Shown here: positions 11,870 through 23,794 of the stretch, one piece after another
How positions within the stretch are numbered: the first letter of the stretch is position 1
Layout: every line of letters begins with the position of its first letter
Assembly: GCA_951406725.2 (NCBI GenBank)
Contig: OX597832.1
Span: 4,774,001 to 4,838,000, forward strand
Length of the DNA: 64,000 nucleotides
From: Octopus vulgaris
Taxonomy: Eukaryota
Direction of reading: 5' to 3'
Notes under the pieces: model-generated
Told to the model about the DNA's origin: nothing
The model's database searches: none
What the model saw: the letters and a program-made list of their open reading frames with translations, nothing else
Made by a program: the position numbers and the translations under genes

Positions 11870-13280
11870 ACCATCCGTACAAATATATACACAGACACAT
11901 GCCTTCATATATACCTAGGGACCCACGGTTGGCAATATACTCTTCCAGGAGCCATTACTGCTTGATGACCTTCCTTGTGAACCTAGAAGTACAAGACTAG
12001 TATACACTTAGCAAAGACTTGAATGAAAAGCACTGTACATGCCATGAAAAGGCTATGCATGGGTATATTTCTTGTGAATTGGAATAGCATGATAATATGG
12101 ATTTCAAATTTTGGCACAAGTCCAGCAAGCTCGGGGAAGAAAGTAAGTCAATTACATCAACTCTAGTGCTCAACTAGTACTTATTTCATGGACCTTGAAA
12201 GGATGAAAGGTAAAATTCAACCTCAGCAGAATTTGAACTCAGAATGTAAAGAAGGACAAAATGCTGCTAAGTATTTTACCTGGCATGCTTGTGATTCTGT
12301 CAGTATAATAATATTGATTTCAAATTTTAGCACAATTTTGGGGAAGGGGTGTAAGTCAATTACATTGACCCCAGTATTCAACTGGTACTTATTTTTTGAC
12401 CCTGAAAAGGATGAAAGGCAAAGTCAAACTTGGCAAAATTTGAATTCAGAATGTGAATATGGATGAAATACTAAGCATTTTGCCTAGCATGCTAATGATT
12501 CTACCAGTATAATAATGTTGACATGAGGTGTACCCTCTCTTGGACTAATAATAATCATATCACTTCTTGAAGATTATGCTTTTGTAATCCAAAAAAACAG
12601 CAGATTACCACAAAATATCTAATGAATAAAAGAAATAGTGAAGCTCTTAAACTTCCAAGAAGCAACCATAAATGTTGATCATATCACTGTTCTATGGAAG
12701 ACATAAATGTGATCAGCAGCTGCCCAGAAATGTAATTAAATTACAACCTCCCAATGCAGCATAATGCTGTTGCTAAAACAATATACAATTCCAACCCTAG
12801 AGAAAACTTCTTTAGGATAAATATAGACAACATCTCTGTTATTGAATGCATACATAGCAACACAAGGAATATTGACAGAACATTTTTCATGAGAACTTCT
12901 ACCAAGTGCAAATATAACAAGCCTGATATAAGACAGAACAGAGTAGGACAAGCCTGATTTAGGACAGAAAAGAAAAGTCATGTATGGCCATACAAGTGAA
13001 CTGCCCTACAAACTCTTCTAAAATCAGCGAGAAGGTGAATATTTATGGACAACTGCTTCAAAATCAGCAGCTCCTCTATCCTGATTATAAACTCACCATA
13101 ATTATACGAATAATTATTGGTGTAATTGGTTAAGTGAGATTCTAGGAAATCAAAGATTATCAGGAAAAGAAAGTAACCAGCTAACACATGATCAACAAAT
13201 AAAACCTCTAAATAGAAAAGAGAAAATACGCAAAGTTTTTCTAAAGTATAGTTGTTTAACATTACTGTCATCCAAATACC
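11870..13280 (+). mobile_element. Decayed R4/Dong-like RLE LINE C-terminus, interrupted by a SINE A pair
   Basis: KAMHGY, LSWTNNNHITS, YAFVIQ..QITTKYL, KC..EDINVISSCP, QHNAVAKTIY, KYNKPDI, QVNCP..EKVNIYGQL..LLYPDYK (zinc knuckle plus PD-(D/E)xK endonuclease layout). Confidence 0.8.
12098..12508 (-). mobile_element. Head-to-tail pair of SINE family A
   Basis: Two units, 12098-12303 and 12315-12508. Confidence 0.9.
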
Positions 13281-13759
13281 AGTGATGCTGCTTTGTTTCT
13301 TTATTAGAGATAGCTCCTTCCTTTTACGAAGAATTCTGATGAATATAAAAAAGAAGAAAGAAATGCTTGCATAAATGCATACATTTAAGAAACAGACAGA
13401 CAGAAATTTCCACACACAAATTTAGAGAAATTAATCTGACCGTGTCTCATTATAAATTTCAATTTGCATAATACTGGGCTTAACAAAGAGATTCCCTTTC
13501 CTTAGAAAATGAAAGTTACTTGATTCAAATATACAAATGTGTAATATTGTATGGCAACAAAGAATTAATAGAAGCAAAAAGCCAATTTCCAGTCATGAAG
13601 ATTATATACTGAATCATAAGATGTTGAAGATAATTTAATATTATGCACTCAGCATCAGAGTATCAGACAGCTACCTCACTGTACATTTTGAGCTCAAATC
13701 TTGCTAAAGGCAGCATATTTTTTATTCTCACAAGCTTTATAAAATAAGTAATAGTAAAC

Positions 13760-14176
13760 AACTCTTTTACTTTTTTACTTGTTTCAGTCATTTGACTGTG
13801 GCCATGCTGGAGCACCGCCTTTAGTCGAGCAAATCGACCCCAGGACTTATTCTTTGTAAGCCTGGTACTTATTCTATTGGTCTCTTTTGCCGAAACGCTA
13901 AGTTATGGGGACATAAACACACCACCATCGGTTGTCAAGCAATGTTGAGGGGGGAGAGAAACACAGACATACAAACTTCTACACACACATACATAAATAT
14001 ATACATATATATGATGGGCTTCTTTCAGATTCCGTCTACTAAATCCATTCACAAGGCTTTGGTCAGCCCGAGGCTATAGTTGAAGACACTTGCCCAAGGT
14101 GCCACACAGTGGGACTGAACCCGGAACCAAGTGCTTCATAAGCAAATACTTACTACACACCCACTCCTACTCCTAT
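13760..14176 (-). mobile_element. SINE family B, full length
   Basis: Reverse complement of 20387-20836. Confidence 0.92.
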
Positions 14177-15199
14177 GTTACTTTCCTTCCAACATTTATG
14201 GCTTTGTACCTCTCTTAGAAATCAATAATTATATTTTGTGTTATGGTGGTTAAGAATATTCATAAATAAAATATATTCTGAACAATGCATCATCATCAGC
14301 ATCATCCTTTTCACATCTGTATTCCATTTCTGGCATATGTTGGATGGTTCATTAAATGTCAAATTTCCATGCATCCAGTATCATCTCACTGATGTCAATA
14401 AATTCTTCATATCCAATTTAATGTCCACACAAAACCTTCTGTTTCTAATAAATTTCTCTTCCCCCACATCTTGAACATTCTTTTATATATTTATGAGTCC
14501 TACCTCCAGTACTAAACATGCCATCAAAGTATAAGAAGTCATTTACTACTTAAAGTTTACTCCTACTCTTCCAACACATCTAAAGTTTTGATTGGTTAGT
14601 AAACTTGACATCTTATTGCACCTTTTATGCATCATTATTTGCACTAACCACAAAGTACTTTAGCTGAAACTCAATCCAATATGTGTGACTTCTGCAACAA
14701 ATACCTAATTTCACATTTAAACTTTTGGAACATACCTTTTCATCTAAATTACAAACATATTTTGCAGTTTGCAGTTTCTACATAGTCTTTTCTTTTTTTT
14801 TTTTTTTTTCTTATCTAGTAAAAGAGACAGATGCAGTATTCACATTTCAACCAGCCCGTTCCAGCACTGATAATATTTGGCATAAAAAACAACAACAATG
14901 ATGATGGTAGTGGAGGGTGTGGTGTGGTGTGTGTGTGTTCTTATACAAATGTTGGGGGTGAGAACTGGAGCATTTAAAAGCAAATACTGAGCCAAAATAA
15001 TTTTCCAATTAAATGATCTCCCCTTATGTCAGTGTCCATTTTGCAGTTTGTATTTTGCAAGAACAATAAAATAAGCAGTGGACAAAGTACTGGAGATCAA
15101 TATAAACGACCTCTCAAGGAAGTTCTCCAGCATGGCCATAAGCAAATAACAGAAACTAGTGAAAGAGAAAATAATATTTATAAAAAGAAAAATAATTTT

Positions 15200-15633
15200 A
15201 TTGGTTTCAAATTTTGGCACAAGCCAAGCAGTTTCAGGGTATGGAGTAAGTCAATTGCACTGACTCCGGTATTCAACTGGTATTTATTTTATTGACCCCG
15301 AAAAGGATGAAAGGCAAAATTTACCTCAGTAGAATTTGGACTTAAAACGTAAGGACAGACAAAATGCCACAAAGCATTTTGCCTGGCATGCTAACAATTC
15401 TGTTAAAAATAATCATATTGGTTTCAAATTTTGGCACATGGCCAGCAATTTCAGGAGACAGGGTAAGTCAATTGCATTGACCCCAGTGTTCAACTGGTAC
15501 CTATTTTATCGACCTTAAAATGATGAAAGGCAATGTCAACCTTGACAGGATTTGAACCCAGAACATAAATACAGATGAAATACCACTAAGCATTTTGCTC
15601 AGCTTGCTAACAACTCTGCTAGCTTGCCACTTT
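15200..15633 (-). mobile_element. Head-to-tail pair of SINE family A
   Basis: Two units, 15200-15403 and 15417-15633. Confidence 0.9.
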
Positions 15634-16196
15634 AAAAAGTATAATAATATTAATGAATATGAAATGAAAGATTTATCTATGCTAAAATATATTTAGATAT
15701 TAATATGCAGTGAGAAGTAAAAGATTTCTTGCATAAGGAATGTACTCAATGATTATTTCATCCATGTTAAAGACATTTCATTACTGCCACAAATTTGGCA
15801 TCCTGTGAGGATTCTTCATTTCTCTTACTGTCTTCTTTTCTTGAAAAGCTCCATCAATCACACTTAATTTCATTTATAGTTAAATGTGATTGACATAGTG
15901 ATTCAGATTTCATTGCCCGAAATAAGTATATACTTTTAAAGATGACCTAATTGTCAGATGTATATTGGCAGGTTAAGTGAAAGCATCCAATGATGGAATA
16001 TATTTGTTTGTTGCTAACACCAACAGCACAAACTGGAGATTGGATTTAAAGGAAACTGTGAAACAGAAAACTGTTAATTTGCATAACCTCATTGATAGCT
16101 ATGCAATTACACAATCTCTAGCCCACTGCTTCCTTGTGTGTGTGTATCAATGCTAGCAACCAACAATTGTCAGCTTTTGCTAATGAATACCTTTAC

Positions 16197-17376
16197 TTAA
16201 CCTTAGAGCATTCGGATTACTCTGCCAAATGTAATGGTTATTTATTCACATCATTTTGAATTAGTCCTGCATTATCTTGTAGCTTTAAGATTTTGATGAT
16301 GTGATTGTTATTTTTAGGATGAAATTTTAGGGCAGGTGTGAAAGGCTGGATCTGGCTATTATGAACATAAAACAGATAGAATATTTTGGCCTAGCACTCT
16401 ACACCATATGAGATGTCATCGGGTGTACCACAGGGATCTGTCCTTGGTCCCCTCTTGTTTGTGGCATACATTAACGACATAGATGCCAATTTAAAGAATG
16501 CCACAGTATTGAAATATGCAGACGACATCAAGCTGTACCTTGAAATCAAGAGGACAGATCCTGATGTCTACAACTCTTTCCTGCAATCAGACCTAGACAC
16601 AATGCAGCAATGGATCACAGACTGGCAACTGAAACTGGCTGTGGACAAGTGTACCACCATGCATTTTGGGAGAAAAAACCCTGCGTTCACTTACTCCCTC
16701 CACAACACTGATATCAAGAAATCCTCTTGCGAGCGTGACCTAGGCATCACTGTCAGCAGTGATTTGCGTTGGTCAAAGCATATCTCTAAGATTGTCAGGA
16801 AGGCCGAGGGTGTCTTGGCATCACTCAGCAGGTCTTTTGTTAGCCGCTCTCCAGCCATCTATTTAAAACTGTATACAGCTATGGTACGACCACACTTGGA
16901 ATTTGCATCATCAGTTTGGAACCCCTATCTTGCACAGAACATTGACCTCCTGGAATCTGTCCAGAGACGTGCAACCAAACGCATACCCTCCATCAGACAC
17001 CTACCATATTCTGAGTGCCTTGTTTCCCTGGGCATGGATTCACTGAAGCTCCGGCGTTTGGCGACGGACTTGGTAAACACCCACAAAGTTATCAACCACC
17101 TCACCAACAACAACACTGAACACCTTTTTGATCTCCATGTGTCTAACACACGTGGACATGCCTACAAAGTCAGAAAACAATACAGCTCCCATGACTTTCG
17201 GAAACATTTTTTCACGCTCAGAGTTGCTGAAGCATGGAATAAACTGCCTGCGTCAGTTGTTGACTGCCATGACACTGCATCTTTTAAGGCCCTCATGCTT
17301 TCCGAAATCCGCCGAAACTACACCTGATTATATATACACTTTAGATGAGTTGTAGTGCACCTGAGCACTGTACACA

Positions 17377-17409
<33 letters not shown>

Positions 17410-17438
17410 ATGGTAGGTTTAAATGTTACAGGGTAAAC
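16197..17438 (+). mobile_element. Short MITE-like element starting TTAACC, split by the CR1 insertion
   Basis: 16197-16391 joined to 17407-17438 aligns with the uninterrupted copy at 48627-48853. Confidence 0.75.
16392..17406 (+). mobile_element. Young 5'-truncated CR1-clade LINE with an open 304-aa RT C-terminal frame (16413-17327) and (TTA)n tail
   Basis: GVPQGSVLGPLLF, YINDI, KYADDIKLY, ERDLGI, VRPHLEF..VWNP, LESVQRRATK, TRGH, FFTLRV..WNKLP. Confidence 0.95.
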
Positions 17439-18062
17439 ACTCCAATAAACATTTGACACCTAGATCATTATTTTGTCACCATATTTTCATTAAAATACAC
17501 TGCTTTTTGTTTCAATTTTGAAAATAATGAAAAATGCAGTAAAAAATTTAGTAGAATTTATTCAGATCAACTTTGGAATATATTTGTGAAATTTTGATGC
17601 AAGTTTTTAGATGACTTTAAAGCAGAAAGTTTTAGGAGTGATCTCTGGCAGTTTAGTATCAAGAAACTAGCTGAATAATACCCACTTTTCATGACAATTC
17701 CTTCCAATTCAATAGCCCTATTTCATTCTGTAGGTTACAACTGCTTATCACTTACAACTTCTGCTAGACATTTTATATTCTAAACTTAGCTAAAACCACA
17801 CGAGGAGATTTAGCTTTCTCTTTAAAACCAATAAATATTTCTACCTCCAGTAACTGCTAGTTTTACGCACTGCCTAAAAATATTCCACTATTTCAAATTT
17901 AACAGCTCACTGCATAGGAAAGGAGAAACTGAGTATGCAGGTCACATCTATCATTACTTGAATTTGTAAGTATCTCTGCCTTATGCTACTGGTGAGTGAA
18001 TCGTTATGTGGTTGCTCAACCAGCTAGAAAGAGTAGCCTAATCTTTCTCCTCTATATTTTTC

Positions 18063-18310
18063 TCTTTCACTTGTTTCAGTCATTAGACTGTGGCTATACT
18101 GGGGCACCCTCTTGAAGGATTTTAGTTGAATGAATTGACCCAAGTAGTTTTTTTTTTTCTTTTAATCCTGGAACTTATTCTATCGGTTTCTTTTGCTTAA
18201 CTGCTAAGTTATGGAAATGTAAACACACTAACACCAACTGTCAAGCAGTGATGGGGGCAAACACAGACACAATACACACACACACACACATAGATATAGG
18301 CATATACAGA

Positions 18311-18349
<39 letters not shown>

Positions 18350-18507
18350 CTTCTTTTGGTTTCCGTCTACCAAATCCACTTAGAAGGCTATGGTCAGTTT
18401 GAGGTTATTGTAGAAGACACTTGCCCAAAGTGCCACACAATGGGACTGAACCAGGAACAATGTGATTGGGAAGCAAACTTCTTACCACAGAGCCATGCCT
18501 GCACCTA
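18063..18507 (-). mobile_element. SINE family B
   Basis: Homology to 20387-20836. Confidence 0.88.
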
Positions 18508-18666
18508 TGTTGTCTGTACCAACAAGTTACTGATTGAAAAAGAAAAAGGAAGCTAACTCATTAGCTAAATGAACATTCACTATGATCTTCAGGTCTCATT
18601 TCTCAGGTGGTGCATCCATTCAGATACTGTCATTTAAGAGTACATTCAAAAGAAACCCTTCTCTTA

Positions 18667-18925
18667 TCATCATCACCATCATCATTTAATGTCCATTTTC
18701 CATAATGGCATAGAATGGACAGTTTGACAGGAGTTGGTCAGCTGGTGAGCTGCCCAGGCTCCAAGTTTATTTTGGCATAGTTTCTACGGTTGAATGCCCT
18801 TTCAAATCCCAACCATTTTACAGAGTATACTGGATGTTTTTACACAGCACTGGCACAAGTGCTTTTACGTGGCACCAGCATGGGTGAGTTTTACATGGCA
18901 CTGGCACCCATGACCCTGCAAGAAT
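18667..18925 (-). mobile_element. RTE-tail-derived repeat
   Basis: (CAT)n-TTAATGTCCATTTTCCAT end plus GTGGCACCAGC subrepeats. Confidence 0.7.
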
Positions 18926-19739
18926 AGGAATGCTCAACTAATATAAGGAATGCAGAGGATTTCATGCTGTCCTCCTCTCCATTCCACATTTTGCACCATT
19001 TTAAAGGACTATGTTCTGCACCCCACCCCACTGATAATGTTTCTTATAAAGCAAATTCTCTTCTTGTTAGTTATTAAGTTAAATCTTTCTTTCCACTTTA
19101 TTGAAATTCCTGCTTTTATTCCTGTGCTTTTGTAAAATCTAATGTTCAGTCCCTGACTCGATTTTAATAGACATATAGCTTATATTCAAATAAATAGACT
19201 ACACACCAGTGGCAATATATATATATATTAAAAAAAAACAAAATGAAACAGCTGCTGCAGAAACAGCACAGCATCTTTCTAAGTAAAGAATGATTATAAT
19301 ACAGAAAAATATTGCTTAAGCATGAAAGAACAATTATCAAATCTCAATATAAGACTTGTATAAAATGCAAATAAACAGCTGCATATGCGCATAAATGCAC
19401 ATCATTTAAATTTCAGTCTATAAAACACCTAATTCATCACTCATATAGGCATTACAAAAACATTTCTGCATCCCAAATATCAAGTGAAATAAATGGTTGT
19501 TTTATTCTATCTACTTGTCCAAGCCTTTTGTTCTTGTGCATGAGAGGTTAAAATTCACTTTTTTTTCTCATACATTTATTTGTCTGAAACACGTACCTTC
19601 CATGGTCAACTGATACAACTATTTTTCATCCACCATTCATAGAACATCACCATACCAACACAGTCTTATTTCTGGCATACATCACTTAATGCCTAATAAT
19701 CACAGTGATCACAGATATTTTTCCCTTTTTATGCAGATT

Positions 19740-19761
19740 AATATGTATGTATTTATGTATA

Positions 19762-19798
<37 letters not shown>

Positions 19799-19819
19799 CA
19801 CACACATATACATACATAC

Positions 19820-19877
<58 letters not shown>

Positions 19878-20120
19878 TACACATACAAACATACTATATA
19901 TATATATATGCATACATATATATAAACATATATATATATACATATATACACATACAAACATACTATATATATATATGCATACATATATATAAACATATAT
20001 ATATATACATATATACACATACAAACATACTATATATATATATATGCATACATATATATAAACATATATACATGTATATATATATATGTGTGTGTATGTG
20101 TGTGTGTGTGTGTGTGTGCA
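19740..20120. repeat. (TA)n-derived minisatellite/microsatellite with ~58-bp higher-order units
   Basis: Recurring CACATACAAACATACTATATA unit. Confidence 0.9.
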
Positions 20121-20298
20121 TATGTTTGTGTGTCTGTGTTTGTTCTCCCAACATCGCTTGACAACCGGTGCTATGTGTTTACATCCCCAAAACTTAGTGG
20201 TTCAGCAAAAAAGGCCGGTAGAATAAGTCGATTTGCTCGACTAAAGGCGGTGCTCCAGCATGGCCACAATCAAATGACTGAAACAAAAGAGTAAAGAG
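20120..20298 (+). mobile_element. 3' half of SINE family B
   Basis: GCTTGACAACCGGTG..GGTGCTCCAGCATGGCCAC..GACTGAAAC. Confidence 0.85.
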
Positions 20299-20386
20299 TA
20301 TATATATACACATATATACTATATATATACATATATATGCATATATATATATATACATATATATGCATATATATATATATATTTAT

Positions 20387-20552
20387 AGGCGCAGGAGTGG
20401 CTGTGTGGTAAGTAGCTTGTCTACCAACCACATGGTTCCGGGTTCAGTCCCACTGCGTGACACCTTGGGCAAGTGTCTTCTACTATAACCTTGGGCCGAC
20501 CAAAGCCTTGTGAGTGGATTTGGTAGACGGAAACTGAAAGAAGCCTGTCATA

Positions 20553-20608
<56 letters not shown>

Positions 20609-20836
20609 TGTGTGTGTTTGTGTGTCTGTGTTTGTCCCCTAGCATTGCTTGACAACCGATGCTGGTGTGTTTATGTCCCCGTTACTTAGCGGTTCGGCAA
20701 AAGAGACCGATAGAATAAGTACTGGACTTACAAAAGAATAAGTCCCGGGGTCGAGTTGCTCGATTAAAGGCAGTGCTCCAGCATGGCCACAGTCAAATCA
20801 GTCAAATGACTGAAACAAGTAAAAGGGTAAAAGAGT
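20387..20836 (+). mobile_element. SINE family B, full length (tRNA head, CORE-like body, internal microsatellite, LINE-derived tail)
   Basis: TGGCTGTGTGG (box A), GGTTCAGTCCC (box B), GACACCTTGGGCAAGTGTCTT (CORE-like); many homologous copies in the window. Confidence 0.92.
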
Positions 20837-20851
20837 ATATTTATATATATA

Positions 20852-20900
<49 letters not shown>

Positions 20901-21038
20901 TATGCATATATATCTACTACATATGTGGAAAATCGGTGTGTGTTTGTTTGTGGCATTGTTAGCTAACTCCTCCTACATCGTTTTATTGATTTTGATGAAA
21001 CTTGACACATGAGTAGAACATATATATATGTATACATA

Positions 21039-21997
21039 TCTATATATATAAAGATGAGGATGTGTGTCTGTCTGTCTGTCTGTGTGAATCCCTAAAACTT
21101 GGGAACTACACAACCAATTTCATTCAAATTTTACACATGCCTTACTTAGGGTCCATGTAGTGTCATAGGCCAAAAAAATGTTTAACTTCTTGCCTAATGG
21201 AAGCCCACAGCAATATCATATCTTCTTCACTATTTCAGTATTACGTGTCAAAAGTGAAACAATAACATCTCTCTATTGTAATGTCAGATACTTTCACTTT
21301 AATACTGAAACTATAAGACGGATGACCTGTAAGTGGATATAAAACCCAAATTAAAAAGATTCTTAACAATTCAACTTCTCAGGTTGACATTAAGACACCC
21401 ACCTCCAATAGGGGCCTTAACTCTCACTTTTAGAGCTCCATGGCCTCCACTTTTCAGGAGCAAAATCCTTTTAACAGGTCCTATAAGACTGGAATTTTGG
21501 AATATGCACATAAAAATCAGTAGTATGGGATACACATGTCATGATTAGAATTGTTTTAGGGTGTGTAAAGAGGGAAAGAACCCTCATCTGCAATTTTGAT
21601 GAAATTCAAAACATAGGTATTCCAGTTCATTACAGAAAATATAACAGAAAAGTCTAATTCTTCAATTGTGGAGGTACATGGCCAAGTGGTTGGAACAGCG
21701 GACTTGCAGTCGAGGGATCGCGGGTTGAAATCTCAGACCAGGCGATTTGTGTGTTTATGAGCGAAACACCTAAGCTCCACGCGGCTCCAGCAGAAGGTAA
21801 TGGTGAACTTCTGCTGAATCTTTCGCCACAACTTTCTCTCACTCTTTCCTCCTGCATCTATCAGCTCATCTGTGACAGACCGGCGTCCCGTCCAGGTGGG
21901 GAACCTATACGCCAAGGAAACTGGGAAACCGGCCCTTATGAGAAGGAACAATTCTTCAATTGCATGTAACACAGTCAATGCCGGGTATCTCTGCTAG
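21039..21997 (+). mobile_element. Non-autonomous Helitron carrying a nested SINE
   Basis: 5' A|TCTATATATATAAAG with a (GTCT)n tract; 3' decayed hairpin CAGTCAATGCCGGG then CTAG|T; no TSD. Confidence 0.75.
21669..21949 (+). mobile_element. Third tRNA-derived SINE family with a 13-bp TSD
   Basis: TGGCCAAGTGG (box A), GGTTGAAATC (box B); AATTCTTCAATTG at 21656-21668 and 21950-21962. Confidence 0.88.
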
Positions 21998-23579
21998 TAT
22001 ATATATATATATGAAATATATCTACTACAGATTTTCAGATTGTAAGCCCAATCTCCTAACTATGAGACAACATACACATCCTAAATTCATAGACCAATTA
22101 AACACTGAATGTGAAAGACCAGTTCAACATGTAAGATTCTGTAAAAGTAACCCTAGTAAACCACTAACTTAACTTGGAATTTCTTATCATTACTGACCCT
22201 ATTTCTTAACCCCTTGACTTATGTAACATTTGGAGAGTGTTCAGACCTTGCCTAACCATTTCTAAACTGCTAAACCTCACCAGACTTTAAGAATTTAGTG
22301 ACATGTTAGACAGCATCCTTCTGTAAACAGTGCCACATAAAGTTGCCTTCATGTTAAATACTAGTGATATCCTTACTACATAATGGTGTATGTAGTAGTA
22401 CATATCATTACTGACTGAATTACAGTTTATTCTTATGTCTTACACTAAATTATACTGCTGTTATAGTAATATTGCATGAGCAAATGACAATACTTTGACC
22501 TGAGATATGAAGGCTAGTCACATGAAATATGGGAAAAATTGAAATAAAACTTGAATATTTTTAATCCAAACGACATTTATGTATTTTGTGTTTGTATCTT
22601 CGTTGTGTATCTTTTACATCTTTAATGGCAATGTTAATCAATCTTCAAACTTAGAATGAAATCCTAAAGATTTGTTGTTGAAAATATTGCTATAAATCAT
22701 TTAGTTTATAGATTATGTTTTTCCTTTCAATGTAATATTTGTTATCATAAACAGGACCATTAAAAGTATTGTAACTAAACTAAAGTAATATTATTTTTCT
22801 GAGCAGTAATATACAAGTCTCTAAAATTCATATTAGTAATGTCTTTAGAATTTACTGTATCATTTTTTTTATTTCCCTATAAAATTCAAATTTTACCACT
22901 ATTTCATCATTGAGCCAACAATAAATAAAATCAATGTTTTCAGTAAAACCATTGATTTTCATTAATGACTTCTTGATATCATCTTTCCATTTCTGGAGTA
23001 ATTTTTTTTTTTCATATGTTTCGATATTTTCTAAGTTGTCTTCATATTTTGTTTTAAGTTTCAGAATGCATATATGTATTTTATGATTTTTAATCTTTAT
23101 GTTGGATAGTTTATTGATTTTAACAAATTTCAAATATCTTTCTTGGCAAAACAACCCTCTACTTCAAGGAAGGGTAACTGAACATATTTTTAGTTGATTA
23201 TTTGTAATCAATGCATGATAGACAAGTTCTTCAATTATAACCTTTACTTATTCCAAAATATTTTATTTTTATGAACAAAGCAAAGCAGCAATTATATTTG
23301 CTACTTGTTTTGTTTCCAACACCATATATACAAAATCCCTCACAAACCCCTCTTCATGCCATGTCCTGCTTCACCACCACATGCACACAGACACCAAATG
23401 CAGGAAATTCTCCAGTCAACGAAGAATTCTTTACACTGTAACACTCAAGGCAATGAACGATCCTCTATGTGTTCACTTCAGCCAAACAAGGGAACTTCTA
23501 CAGATTACTCAAGCCCACAAAGGAGCCACTACAGGGTCATTTGACTAACTAAAAATGATAGCTGAATCTTAGATAATAA

Positions 23580-23794
23580 CAGTTTCAAATTTTGGCACAG
23601 GGCCAACAGTTTTAGAGGAGAGGGGAAGTCGATTACATCAATCCCAGAATTAGACTGGCACTTATTTTATTGACCCTGAAAGGATGAAAAGTAAAGTTGA
23701 CTCAGTGGAATTTGAACCTAGAATGTACAGATGGATGAAATGTTGCTAAGCATTTTATCTAGCATGTTAATGATTCTGCCAGCTCACTGCCTTA
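23580..23794 (-). mobile_element. SINE family A
   Basis: Homology to 58209-58440. Confidence 0.88.

Noticed and set aside
17690-17990. Possible very old LINE fragment (LFKTNKYF..LL)
   Set aside because: Too decayed to delimit or classify
21669-21745. tRNA gene
   Set aside because: The tRNA-like head continues into a SINE body with a TSD; no clean cloverleaf
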